Positions 21,848-31,877 are shown, numbered from the stretch's first letter. The stretch is DNA of 64,000 nt from Candidatus Falkowbacteria bacterium (GCA_016214745.1 JACRNW010000001.1:67150-131149), one strand, 5' to 3'. Notes: a model not told the origin generated them from the sequence alone. Program-made: numbers and translations.

Positions 21848-23530
21848 CTAAAATCCTTTATCCTGGTCAATTGTCGCTATCGCCTGCTCTGCCGCTAAAT
21901 TGTAGTCCACGGCGAGATTGATGTCGGCGCCGTAATTGTAGTTCGTAGCAAACACTTCCGGCACGGCAACAATTTTCTTTTCCCAATCCGTACCGAAGAT
22001 CGTGCTCGCCGCATCGGCGGTTTTAACCCAGTGCAAAATTCCGCCGCGGCTTACGGCGTAAACTTTTGGATCCATCACGCGCCAGGGCGTATCCATACTG
22101 ACAACCTGGACCAACTTTCCGGGCCGCACCGTGACGTTGCCGCTTGTCGGCACAGCGGCAAGATCCGCGTCGGAGATTGTTTTAATGGAAGAAAAACCGG
22201 TGAACCATGAGGAATAAATCGCGGCGGTCGGAAAAATGTATCGTCTTCCATCGGAGGCGTAATAGTAAACGGCTGTGCTCGCAGTTCCTTTAATTAAGTC
22301 TCCAGCATGAAAAGAAACGGCGGTAAAAGTTAAAGTCGGTTTTTGGTCTAAAGTCACGACGCCGACTTTCGCGGTCAAAGTTGAAACGCCCGCCGCGGTT
22401 CCCGTGACTTCAAAAGTGGCCAGGCCGTCCGCGCCGGTTAATTCTTTGGTGGCTCTAATATTGTCAGTTGAACGATCGGAAGTTAAGGAGACAGTTTTTC
22501 CTGAAAGCGCGTTGCCGGCTAAATTTTTAACTAATACCGTGACAAATGCTCTTGTCGCGCCGTCGGCCGGAAGAATGGCAGGCGTGACAGAAACCGTGGA
22601 AGCGGCGGCCGAGGCCGAGACTGTCGCGGTTTGATCAACCGTTACAATAGTCCCCTGCCCGATGGTTTCGGCGTTGCCGAGCCAGTCGGCGCCTTGCGTT
22701 TTGATCGTGTAAGTTCCATCCGTAATATTTGTCCAGTTATATTCCCAGTCTGAATAATTGGTGCCGGTGTTTGTAACATCAACCCAAGAACCAGCCGAAC
22801 TGCCGGAACTTATCAAAATTTGGAGTGAAGCCAGAGTTGAACCGCCCTGATCGCGCGCCACGCCAATAATTTTGAAACTTGAAGTGGTGATAATCGTTCC
22901 TGCCGAGGGAGATGTAATCACGGTTTTGGGCGCGCTCGTATCATAGTTTGAAACCCAAATAGTTTGAATATATGGATTTATAATTCCATCCGCGACACCG
23001 GTTGCTCCGGCTAAAAACAAACCCGAATCACCGAGGTCAAACCGACCAACCGTTCCACCGTCAATAAGGAGAGGCACTTTCATTTGGACCGATTTATTCG
23101 CCACGATCGCGCCTTTTGTTCCGGTTTCAATGCTCACAAAAATCCGAAGACCGGAAGCAGGCACGGCTTTTTGCAATCCTGATAAATACCAATAACCGCC
23201 GGTTTCGTAGCGAGTCGCCTCGCCCAATTTTTCATCAACCGCCATGCCCTGAAAACCGGATGCTCCGGCGTCTGTCCAAACGACAACTTTTCCAAAATCC
23301 CAACCCCGGGCCGTGCCGTCATTTTGCAAAGTCAGGGCGTTTAAAACATCAGCCGACCCGTCGGCTCGCGCGACGGTAAAATCCATAACCAGTTTGTCAA
23401 ACTCCGAAGGATAAAAAATCGCGACCGGCGCGCCGGTGTTTGTGACGGTGATTGTTTCAGCGGCGGAGACGGGGAGGAGAGCAAAAACGAATAAAATAAT
23501 TAAAAAAATGGAAATTCTTTTTGACACCAT
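21848..23530 (-). CDS. Secreted surface protein with Ig-like domains and shared C-terminal domain
   Basis: Signal peptide; Big_1-like repeat; GDLIKGTASTAVYYYASDGRRYIFP. Confidence 0.75.
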   Translation of the reverse strand: MVSKRISIFLIILFVFALLPVSAAETITVTNTGAPVAIFYPSEFDKLVMDFTVARADGSADVLNALTLQNDGTARGWDFGKVVVWTDAGASGFQGMAVDEKLGEATRYETGGYWYLSGLQKAVPASGLRIFVSIETGTKGAIVANKSVQMKVPLLIDGGTVGRFDLGDSGLFLAGATGVADGIINPYIQTIWVSNYDTSAPKTVITSPSAGTIITTSSFKIIGVARDQGGSTLASLQILISSGSSAGSWVDVTNTGTNYSDWEYNWTNITDGTYTIKTQGADWLGNAETIGQGTIVTVDQTATVSASAAASTVSVTPAILPADGATRAFVTVLVKNLAGNALSGKTVSLTSDRSTDNIRATKELTGADGLATFEVTGTAAGVSTLTAKVGVVTLDQKPTLTFTAVSFHAGDLIKGTASTAVYYYASDGRRYIFPTAAIYSSWFTGFSSIKTISDADLAAVPTSGNVTVRPGKLVQVVSMDTPWRVMDPKVYAVSRGGILHWVKTADAASTIFGTDWEKKIVAVPEVFATNYNYGADINLAVDYNLAAEQAIATIDQDKGF

Positions 23531-23582
23531 AGAGTTTAAAGTGAAAAGTTAAAAGTTAAAAATTACAATTAAAAATTAAAAG

Positions 23583-23951
23583 TTATTTACGGCCCTTAAA
23601 TTTCAAAATACTTGACCCCAAAAGATTTGCAATTTCCGTAACTTCGACCAATAACTTATTGATTGCGACCCTGTCTCCCTTACCGCTGTCGCGAAGTAAT
23701 GCCAACCAATATTTTGTTTCATTGGCAGATTTTAACGCGATATTTATAAAATTGGTGAAATCTTTTTTAGATCCACAGGCCTGTGCTTCAATAATATTTG
23801 CTCCAATGCTCGTTGCGCTACGAAGCATTTGTCTAACTATTACTTGGACGGAAAAATCCTTCTTATCAAGTTGATCTATAAATCGAATAATAGCCAAAGA
23901 AAACCTATAAACTTTTTCTTTTAGAAAAGTTTTATATTCTTTATTGTCCAT
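23583..23951 (-). CDS. Four helix bundle protein (23S rRNA IVP-like, TIGR02436-type)
   Basis: QMLRSATSIGANIIEAQ..SKKDF.NF..IALKSANET.YWL; ATG at 23951. Confidence 0.9.
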   Translation of the reverse strand: MDNKEYKTFLKEKVYRFSLAIIRFIDQLDKKDFSVQVIVRQMLRSATSIGANIIEAQACGSKKDFTNFINIALKSANETKYWLALLRDSGKGDRVAINKLLVEVTEIANLLGSSILKFKGRK

Positions 23952-23998
23952 AACTTTCAACTTTTAACTGTAACTTTACATTTTACAATTTTAACTTT

Positions 23999-24658
23999 TC
24001 ACTTTTTCAATTCCTCCAGCTCGTTCTTCGCCGTGGTGTTTTCCGGATCAAGTTCAATCAACCGCTCATACCAGCGGATCGCCTCTTCTTCCGGTCCAAA
24101 ATCTTTGTAATAAATGGCAAGCGGCCCGACAAAATAAAGTTCATTTTCTGAATTGGCCTCCAGTCCTCTCTTTAAAATGCTCGGGATTTCAATTTTTCTT
24201 TCCGGCATTTGATAGCGGTAAAGATCAGCCAAACTGCGATAAGCGGCAAGCCACTTTGGATCACTTTCCATAACTTTCACGTAGGCGCCGGCGGCCTCGG
24301 CGTATTGTTCATTTCTGGTATAAAGTTCGGCAATATTCATTAAAAGCAATGTGTCGTCCGGCTTCACTTCTAGTGCTGATTCGTAAAGTTTAATCGCGTC
24401 TTCCAATTTGCCATTATCTTTTTTCCAGGCGGCAATTTTTATGTAAGCGCTTGTGTCTGACGGATCATTTTTTAAAGTGTCATAAGCCGCTTGAATATCC
24501 GCCGGCAGTTCTTCTTTTTCGCCGGAAAATAAAGAAACAACATAATTTCTAAGATCCCCCATCTTTCCCTGCCAACTCCAGGTTTTCCATGCAAATAAAC
24601 CGCCCGCGATTAAAATAATAACGACGACAATCAAAATAATTTTCAATTTTTTGGTCAT
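23999..24658 (-). CDS. Membrane-anchored tetratricopeptide repeat protein
   Basis: N-terminal TM; TPR helices AIKLYESALEVKPDD, AIRWYERLIELDPEN. Confidence 0.8.
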   Translation of the reverse strand: MTKKLKIILIVVVIILIAGGLFAWKTWSWQGKMGDLRNYVVSLFSGEKEELPADIQAAYDTLKNDPSDTSAYIKIAAWKKDNGKLEDAIKLYESALEVKPDDTLLLMNIAELYTRNEQYAEAAGAYVKVMESDPKWLAAYRSLADLYRYQMPERKIEIPSILKRGLEANSENELYFVGPLAIYYKDFGPEEEAIRWYERLIELDPENTTAKNELEELKK

Positions 24659-24693
24659 AGGTTTTTGGATTTAGTTTATTTTTTAATATTTTG

Positions 24694-25401
24694 GGAGTCC
24701 TGCCTTTAGGCAGAGACTGGAGTTTGTCTCGCCCTAAAGGGCGGTCTCCGGTTCGTTAGTTATAAAATCAACAATCGGATATAATTCAAAACACGAGTCA
24801 AACCACTCTTCTCCTTTTATTTTACTCCAACTTTTCGCGCTTGAAAAGGGATAACCAAAAACGCCGACCAAATTTTTACAAAACCCATGTTTTATTGGAT
24901 TTTGGTGAATGTAATTAAAATGTTTCCAAAAATCCGCTTCGTCGCGGATTGAATGGTCAAAATATTGATACCAGATTTTACGGCCTTTCTCATTTTCCGA
25001 TTTATTTAATTCAAAAGAGCTTTTGCCGTTAATGAAGTTAATAAATTTAGATAAATTTTCTCCGTTAAAAATTTTAAACAACAAATGGAAATGATTATCT
25101 AACAACACCCAGGCGTATAAATGAATCTCAAATTTTCGGAGTCCTGCCTTTAGGCAGAGACAAAATAATTTCTTTTTAGAATCCATGTCAAAATATGGTT
25201 TCCGGTCCACAGTTCTCGCGGTAATAGAATAAATTGTGTTGTCGAAAAAAATATGTGGCGGATGGTGATGTTGCGAGTGAAGCATATGGTTTTGGTCTCG
25301 CCCTAAAGGGCGGACTCCGGTGAAATTGAGAGACGGACTCCGGCTTGGAGTCCTGGCTTTAGCCAGAGACCATTGTCGTCTCGCCCTAAAGGGCGGCCTC
25401 C
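24694..25401. repeat. Six 24-bp REP palindromes around and inside the RAYT gene (24694, 24726, 25138, 25295, 25347, 25378)
   Basis: Consensus GGAGTCC-[TGCC/TGGC TTTA GGCA/GCCA]-GAGAC and inverted GTCTC-GCCC TAAA GGGC-GG(A/T/C)CTCC. Confidence 0.85.
24734..25285 (-). mobile_element. REP-associated tyrosine transposase (RAYT, Y1/HUH family)
   Basis: YSITART, AWVLLDNHFHLL (HUH), IWYQYFDHSIR, YIHQNPIKHG, YPFSS; flanked by REPs. Confidence 0.88.
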
Positions 25402-25423
25402 AATTTTATTTTACCACAAAATC

Positions 25424-25458
25424 AAAGCGACCCGGTCGAATGACCGGGCCGCTTTTTT
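25424..25458 (-). terminator. Intrinsic terminator after the 25480 gene
   Basis: aaagcg-acccggtc-gaat-gaccgggc-cgctttttt. Confidence 0.65.
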
Positions 25459-25479
25459 CTATATCAACGAATTCGGAGA

Positions 25480-28400
25480 TTAGTAGCTCAAGCTTCCGCC
25501 AGAGAGAGGCAGATTCTTGGTCGCTGGATACGTGCTTGACGCTGAACCAGTCCTATCGCCGACATCGGTGCCAGAGCTGTCACGATATGTCACACCATAA
25601 ACGGTGGTCATATTCGTGCCATCTGGACCAACAGTCATCTGGTAGGTCTTGGTTGAGAGAGCGCCAGTTGTGTCACCAAAGATTCTGATGACTTTCGTGG
25701 TGCCAGCCGCAACTTGGAGGTTGTTATCCGTAGTCCAAGCGCCAGCGCACAGATCGCCAGTGCCGTCAGCCGCGCCGACCGTACAACCGAAGATACCGAT
25801 TGATATTGTCGCAGCGGACTCAAGGCAGACGTTCGCAGACGCGCTGTAAGTGTTACAGTTCGCGCCTGTTAACGTGGCATAAGTTGTGCCAAGATCATCG
25901 CTCTTCACAGTGAGAGTGTCAGTACCAGTGATAGTCGCGGTACCGCCATTCTTCAATTCCAGTTCTCTGATGGTGACATCATCGCCAGTGGCAGTAAGGT
26001 TCAGTCTTAAGACTTCCTTATTGGAACCAGCGGTTTGAGTGCCGGAAGGTGAAGAAGCGTTCAAGCTGACAGTCAAGATACCTTTGTGAGCGCTGAAGCC
26101 GTTTGAACCGAAGTTCTGGGAGACGGCCGTCGTACCAACGCTGTTAATGGTATTTTTGTCAATCGTCGCGCCTGAAGATTGGCCAGTGGCGATTATCCAG
26201 TAGTCGCCGTTCACACCAGCCGCATCGGCCCAAGTATTATCTTTATTCTGGGTCGTACCAGCAGCGCCAGCGCACTCAATACCAATCTGGATGACAGCGC
26301 CGGAAGAAGTCGTCACCTGAGTCTTGTCAGGCAAATCGGCCTTCAGGGTGATAGTCTTGTAGCTATCCTTTGGAATGACCAAAGTTCCGCTATCCAAGAC
26401 GACTGAAGCGCGGCCGTTGGCATCCAAAGTGTAACCCGAGGTGTTGCCAACTAAGGCGCCGTCAGCGTAAACATAAAGTTTCGCGATGTTGCCTAAAGTG
26501 CAGGCAGTGCCAGCCTGGGCGTTATTACCGCAGTAGAGGCCGATTGTCGTCACGTCAACTGGCTCATATTGAGTGGTGAATTTGTATTTCGCCACTTCAT
26601 TGGCCATTGAAGACGAAACGAGCTGCGCGGCAGACGGCATATCAGCCGCCTTTTCAACCTTCAAAGTGCCTGACGCGCGGAGCGTCTGGGCTTGGCCAGC
26701 GCCAGTGACAGACTTGCTGGCAGTGTTGCCAGTTGTCGCGCCAATGGCTGTAACATCGCCACCTGCGGCGACGTTGAAGGCGTGAGTATCAGCAGTGCCG
26801 TCAGTATCCGCATCGTAGGCGGTTGTGACGTCAGCTTTCAAAGTCAAGCGAGAAATCGCAGTCTTTGAAACGACGATCGGGGTCTGGAAGGTGAAGGTCG
26901 TGGTGAGACCATTGGTCGCCGTTGAGTTGGAAGTGGCTAAGCGTTCGTTGACCACTGTGGCGTCAGTGTTGTCCGGATCGCCCCAGAGTTCAAGGTTGTT
27001 CAAACCAGTGTAGAGAGTGCAGGTCACAGGACCAGCAGCGGCAACGCAAGTGTCAGTCACTTTAACGGAGCTGACTCTAATATTTTCACCGCCGGCTGAA
27101 GCGTCAAGATCAAGATAAGCAAAGATCTGATCTTGAGCGTTAATCACCATGCTGCCAACGACCGGGGTCGCGGCTGTGGTAATTGCTAAGACCGGACCCT
27201 GCAAGGTCATAGTGTTGCCAGTAATAGCAGTAGCCGGAGGAACAACAGCGCCAGTTGAAGTGGTGTAAGTGGTTTTGCCGGAATTCGCGCCTTTGCCCGT
27301 AATAGCAGTGACCGCCATAGAAACAACAATCGTGTTGCCAGCAGTCATGTTCGTGGACAAATTCGCTTTGGCATAGACCACAGTTGTGCCAATCGGCAAG
27401 GTATAACCATCGGTGACGGTTAAAGTTTCCGCGCCCACGCTTGTGTGGGTGGTATCACCGTCTTTTGGACCAGCCAAAATGGTGCCATCAGCCTTGACCA
27501 ACGTGAAATTCGTCACGTTTGTTCTGATACCAGTGCCGGCAGTGCCCGTGCCATCAGCAGTAGTGTAGGTCACTATTGTCTGAGTGACATTGATCGGCTC
27601 GCCAGCCACGGTGAAATCAAAGGCCATCAAAGAAACGTTCGTTCCGCCGACCGGAATTTTACCGGTGGCTGGAGCTGAAGCGCTCTTTGAAACTGTTAAG
27701 TAGCCCTGATTGATGGTCTGTCTTTGACAGGTGTAATCGGTCACACCAGTGTCGCAGAAAGCAGTCGTATTGGTAAAGGTCGGAGCAATACCAAAGTTAA
27801 AGGTTCCGCCCTTTATCATGCCGGCGAATGATGTGCCATCATGAACGTCAAAGCCAATTGTTCTGCCAGAACCGCCAGCCATATCAGCCTTAATTGACAA
27901 TTCAACATAGGCGCCTTTGGCCACTGTCAAGTTCAGGCTTGAAAACACAGCTTTGCTGTTTGAATCCAAACCAGTGACAGTTCCTAAAGAAGTGCCAGCT
28001 GTATCATTGAAGAGTTCAATATTCTTGACATCGGTATTGGCAGCTGTGCCATTCTTGATGGCAGTGATCTGCTCAATAACCAACGGTTCGGTTGAACCAG
28101 CAGCGATTCTGATCTGTGAGAATCTGAAACCAACCGCGGCCGGATCAATTCCGACATCGCCTGACGAGGCGCCCGGATTTAACGGACCGCCAGAAATCGT
28201 GGCGCTGCCGATTGAAGTGTTGACCAAAGACATTGTGTTGCCGTTAACCGGGAATGTTCCGGAAACGGTCGCAGTGGTCGTAATGTCTGACGCGAGGGCA
28301 ATGCCCAAGACGTGCTGGTCAAACGCCGTCGCGACGGCAATATCAGCACCCAAAACAACCGCTTTTGTGGTGCCGGCCGAAACGACGATCGGGTTTGAAG

Positions 28401-29247
28401 TCAGAGAAAAGGTTGCTTGATGGACTGAACCTAAGCTCTGTGAAGTGCCGCGTTGCACGCCGTCAACAAAAAGTTTGATGGCGCTCAAGTTCGCGTCAAT
28501 ACCAAGTCCTGATCTCGTCACCTTGAGGCCGGTGATTGTTGCATCAGCCGCGCCCGCGGTGAAATTAACTTTCGTGAAGTAAACGTTAGCCGCGCCTTTC
28601 GGTACTGAAGCGGCTGCCGGAGTGTCTGAAGCTAAAGCAATCGATAAGCCGCCCGTTCCGGAAACGCCGGTCAAACCTTTGCACTCATTGATTGAGGCAA
28701 CGGCCTGTTGAGTGGCTAAAGTGTAGTCTCCAGCAGCGTTGATTTCCGCGCCAATTGTGTAATTGGTGAGGAGCGCTTCTGGAATAGCGACAATCTGTGA
28801 TTCCCAAGTCGCGCCAAAGATAGCGACAGCGACGTCCGCGGTTTTAACCCAGCGGAGAACATTGTCTTTTTCAACGGCGTAAACTTTAGGATCCATTACC
28901 ATCCACGGAGAATCCATGCTGACGACCTGGGCTAATTTGCCCGGGCGAACAGTCACGTTACCGCCGAAAGGAATGGCAATTAAATCTGCGTCAGTCATAG
29001 TGGTGACGCCACTGAAAGTGGAGCCATACCATGAGGAATACGCAGCCTGATACGGGAATACGTATCTCTTCGCGTCCGCACCGTAGTAATAAACGGCGGT
29101 GCCAGTGCCCTTAATCAAATCGCCAGAAGTCACGGCGTTAGCAGTCAATGGCAAAGCCAAAGCGCCAACTCCGATTGACCAGACGATTGTTGTAAAGACA
29201 ACGGCGAAAGTAAATACTTTCTTCCCAGTCTTAATCAAATCGTTCAT
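25480..29247 (-). CDS. Major S-layer-like protein (~1255 aa) with the shared domain at its N-terminus
   Basis: ATG at 29247 (MNDLIKTGKKVFTFAVV..TIVWSIG); GDLIKGTGTAVYYYGADAKRYVFP after the signal; T/A/G-rich beta modules; ends LSGGSLSY. Confidence 0.8.
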   Translation of the reverse strand: MNDLIKTGKKVFTFAVVFTTIVWSIGVGALALPLTANAVTSGDLIKGTGTAVYYYGADAKRYVFPYQAAYSSWYGSTFSGVTTMTDADLIAIPFGGNVTVRPGKLAQVVSMDSPWMVMDPKVYAVEKDNVLRWVKTADVAVAIFGATWESQIVAIPEALLTNYTIGAEINAAGDYTLATQQAVASINECKGLTGVSGTGGLSIALASDTPAAASVPKGAANVYFTKVNFTAGAADATITGLKVTRSGLGIDANLSAIKLFVDGVQRGTSQSLGSVHQATFSLTSNPIVVSAGTTKAVVLGADIAVATAFDQHVLGIALASDITTTATVSGTFPVNGNTMSLVNTSIGSATISGGPLNPGASSGDVGIDPAAVGFRFSQIRIAAGSTEPLVIEQITAIKNGTAANTDVKNIELFNDTAGTSLGTVTGLDSNSKAVFSSLNLTVAKGAYVELSIKADMAGGSGRTIGFDVHDGTSFAGMIKGGTFNFGIAPTFTNTTAFCDTGVTDYTCQRQTINQGYLTVSKSASAPATGKIPVGGTNVSLMAFDFTVAGEPINVTQTIVTYTTADGTGTAGTGIRTNVTNFTLVKADGTILAGPKDGDTTHTSVGAETLTVTDGYTLPIGTTVVYAKANLSTNMTAGNTIVVSMAVTAITGKGANSGKTTYTTSTGAVVPPATAITGNTMTLQGPVLAITTAATPVVGSMVINAQDQIFAYLDLDASAGGENIRVSSVKVTDTCVAAAGPVTCTLYTGLNNLELWGDPDNTDATVVNERLATSNSTATNGLTTTFTFQTPIVVSKTAISRLTLKADVTTAYDADTDGTADTHAFNVAAGGDVTAIGATTGNTASKSVTGAGQAQTLRASGTLKVEKAADMPSAAQLVSSSMANEVAKYKFTTQYEPVDVTTIGLYCGNNAQAGTACTLGNIAKLYVYADGALVGNTSGYTLDANGRASVVLDSGTLVIPKDSYKTITLKADLPDKTQVTTSSGAVIQIGIECAGAAGTTQNKDNTWADAAGVNGDYWIIATGQSSGATIDKNTINSVGTTAVSQNFGSNGFSAHKGILTVSLNASSPSGTQTAGSNKEVLRLNLTATGDDVTIRELELKNGGTATITGTDTLTVKSDDLGTTYATLTGANCNTYSASANVCLESAATISIGIFGCTVGAADGTGDLCAGAWTTDNNLQVAAGTTKVIRIFGDTTGALSTKTYQMTVGPDGTNMTTVYGVTYRDSSGTDVGDRTGSASSTYPATKNLPLSGGSLSY

Positions 29248-29406
29248 AAAGTAAATTTCTTTTTTTGCCACGAACCAAACTAAGAACAAACTTGCGTTTA
29301 TTTCTTGGTTTTCAATTCGTGTTTATTTTTTATTAATGACAAAAGCCCCATTTGGGTCGACCTTTATGCTTTTATCGATTTATAAATTAAGAATTAAAAC
29401 TTAAAA

Positions 29407-30669
29407 TTATTGCGTGGCCGACGGATCCTGTGTTAAATCAATTCCTACTTTTAACGTACTTTCATCAATCACTGGTTCGGGCGGCGGAGGCGGCGGGACA
29501 ACTTTAACTGGCGTATAAACTTTTACCGTGTTTGTATTTGTTTCAGGAGTAACATTAACATCCGGATTTGTATTACCCAAGGATTCCGGCGAATTTGTCA
29601 GATCGGGATTTTCATTGACACTGCATCCTTCGCAAGGGGCCGGCAGAAGATTCGCGGCAACCGTAATGGCATCAGCGGCAATCTGCTCGGCCTGTTTAAC
29701 CAATTCTTTGCTTTCAATTGTTTTAGTCAAGGCAATTTCCAAATCTTTTTGATCCAACGCTTCTTTTGCTTCACCCAAAACAACCTTTGCCTGGTCGGCC
29801 GTTTGCTGGGCGACAAGAGTCGCGGCCGGATCAACCGGTAAAGTTAAATCACTAACTTGTCCCTGAACTTCCGCCACTTTAACTTCAACTATTCCAATTT
29901 TTTCTCCCACTCTCTCTAAAACATCCTCTTCCATCTCTCCCGAGAAAATCATTTCTCCCTGCGTGTGTTTTTCCACAATCATAGCAAGAGCTGCGTCACT
30001 CGTTTCATCCGCTAAATCTAAACTTTGATTTATGTTCTGCGTCGCATCATTAAGTTCTGGCAATTCATTCGTAGCCTGAACTAAATCTTCTTGATATTCA
30101 GTTGCTTTATTATCAACAATTTTGGCCACTTCAACCGTGGTTTCGGCAGATGACTCATTCTTCAAACTTTCTAATTTATTTTGGACTGTGGAAATTTCTT
30201 CTTTAAATTTATCCATGGCTACATTAATCTTTTGAATCTTTTTCTGGTCGGAATCAGTATTTCCTTTTATCTGTTTTATTTCATTAATTCTCTTTCCGGC
30301 CAATTCAACGTGGATTTTAGCCGATTCCTTTTTATCAAACGTCAGTGCCACTTGGACTTTTTCTGAAGCAATTTTCAAACCATAAAGCGCGTCGCCCGGC
30401 AAAGCCAGTTGGGAAGCGCTAACCGATAAACCGCTGCCTAAAACAAGCGCCACAACCGAAACAAGCGCCAAGACCGGCCGCGCCGCCAATTTCATCACTC
30501 TCCACGGAAAAACTATTTTTGATAATTCCAGAGCCCATTTTTCTCCAGCCGTGCTATCCTGCAAACTCCTTTTAACTTCAGACATCAAAAACTCCCGATT
30601 GGATTTTTTCCATTCGGTTCTTGGTCCGGAATTTCTAAGCGCTTTAAGTTGTTTAGTTATATCGGACAT
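29407..30669 (-). CDS. DUF5667-containing membrane protein, probable anti-sigma factor
   Basis: TM then ALPGDALYGLKIASEKVQ..LA.KR..E; directly downstream of the ECF sigma. Confidence 0.75.
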   Translation of the reverse strand: MSDITKQLKALRNSGPRTEWKKSNREFLMSEVKRSLQDSTAGEKWALELSKIVFPWRVMKLAARPVLALVSVVALVLGSGLSVSASQLALPGDALYGLKIASEKVQVALTFDKKESAKIHVELAGKRINEIKQIKGNTDSDQKKIQKINVAMDKFKEEISTVQNKLESLKNESSAETTVEVAKIVDNKATEYQEDLVQATNELPELNDATQNINQSLDLADETSDAALAMIVEKHTQGEMIFSGEMEEDVLERVGEKIGIVEVKVAEVQGQVSDLTLPVDPAATLVAQQTADQAKVVLGEAKEALDQKDLEIALTKTIESKELVKQAEQIAADAITVAANLLPAPCEGCSVNENPDLTNSPESLGNTNPDVNVTPETNTNTVKVYTPVKVVPPPPPPEPVIDESTLKVGIDLTQDPSATQ

Positions 30670-30672
30670 AAT

Positions 30673-31254
30673 TTAATTTTTTTGCGCTACTTTTTCTTTT
30701 AAGGCGGCGACTGCCCGATGGAGCAGAACTCGGACCGCGCCTTCTGATTTTCCGAGTATCTCTGCCGTTTCTTTAACACTCATTTCTTCAATGAACCTCA
30801 GAACAATTACTTCACGATACTCGTCTCTTATTTTTTGTAAAGATTTTTTAACGTCTTCAAGGTCAGAAGCCAGATTAATTTTTTCCACCAAATCCTGTTT
30901 TGTATCAATGATTTCAACTCGCGGCTTTTCTTCTTCACACGCTTCTTGCGGCAAGGCAATAAATTCTTTCTGATCTTTTGACCGGTAAAAATCTATCACT
31001 GCGTTTCTCGCCGCCTGGTAAAGAAAGGCCCGCAAATTTTCAATGACCTCAGAACCCATTTCATTTATGTATTGCCACGTTTTCAAAAAAACATCTGCGG
31101 TTAAATCTTCCGCTTCTTCCTTTCGGCCAACCTTGAAATAAACAAACCGGTAAATCTGATCAACATAAATATCGTAAAGTTTGCCGTAGACTTCTGGGTC
31201 ACGGGTAGCGCGGAGTTTAAGGAATAAATATTGTTCTTTCAAACTTCTACTCAT
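30673..31254 (-). CDS. ECF RNA polymerase sigma-70 factor
   Basis: Region 2 AEDLTADVFLKTW; region 4 YREVIVLRFIEEMSVKETAEILGKSEGAVRVLLHRA. Confidence 0.92.
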   Translation of the reverse strand: MSRSLKEQYLFLKLRATRDPEVYGKLYDIYVDQIYRFVYFKVGRKEEAEDLTADVFLKTWQYINEMGSEVIENLRAFLYQAARNAVIDFYRSKDQKEFIALPQEACEEEKPRVEIIDTKQDLVEKINLASDLEDVKKSLQKIRDEYREVIVLRFIEEMSVKETAEILGKSEGAVRVLLHRAVAALKEKVAQKN

Positions 31255-31601
31255 TGAGACGTTTTTTTAGAATTTTGTTACAGCCCTATTATAGAAAAAA
31301 ACCGCTAAAATTACAAATAATTTGGTTGTTGCTCCTTTCGGATTTCTTGACCTTTCACTGGTCTTTGTGTTAAAGTTATTGTATACAAAATGTTTAGATT
31401 AATATTATCTTATTTATCCACACCCCATATCTTTACAAATAAAATCAATGTTTTATAATAGAAATGTGAATATTAATTTATACATTACCTTAACAATATT
31501 ATAAACTTTTGGCAAGGTATAAATCATTAATTTAAATCATTAAATTTAATAAAATAATTAATAAAAATAAATAATTTTAATTTACACATTATTATCAACT
31601 T

Positions 31602-31877
31602 ATGGCCAACCAAAACCCAATTCGCGTTTCCGTATCCGAAGCCGCCCGCCTCTTTGGCATTAATCCCCTAACTGTCCGTCGGGCGATAAAAGATCAGCAA
31701 CTCCGCTATGTCGTGGTTCGCGGAAGATACAAAATTGACTTCGCGAGTCTCGTTAAATGGTCTCAACAGCGGCCGCTTGTCAAATACAAAACCGAAACCA
31801 AAGGACTGGGACAATACGTAGAAAAATGGCGAATTAAAAATACTCTTTATTCTCCAAATCCCAAATCTTCTGAATAA
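31602..31877 (+). CDS. Small helix-turn-helix (excisionase/HTH_17-like) DNA-binding protein
   Basis: VSVSEAARLFGINPLTVRRAIK..L....RGRYKI. Confidence 0.7.
   Translation: MANQNPIRVSVSEAARLFGINPLTVRRAIKDQQLRYVVVRGRYKIDFASLVKWSQQRPLVKYKTETKGLGQYVEKWRIKNTLYSPNPKSSE

Noticed and set aside
23583-23951. Diversity-generating retroelement (Avd-like protein near repeated surface genes)
   Set aside because: No reverse transcriptase is in the window, and the repeat pairs are identical or differ without adenine-specific bias as far as I can see.
24694-25401. CRISPR array
   Set aside because: The repeats alternate in orientation, have irregular spacing and surround a RAYT; no cas genes are present.
31260-31600. 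Replication origin (very AT-rich, TTATCCACA at 31414)
   Set aside because: Only one clear DnaA box; the others (18101, 21834, 63488) are scattered; no dnaA or dnaN nearby.
31602-31877. Prophage or integrative element suggested by the excisionase-like HTH
   Set aside because: No integrase, att sites or phage genes are adjacent.
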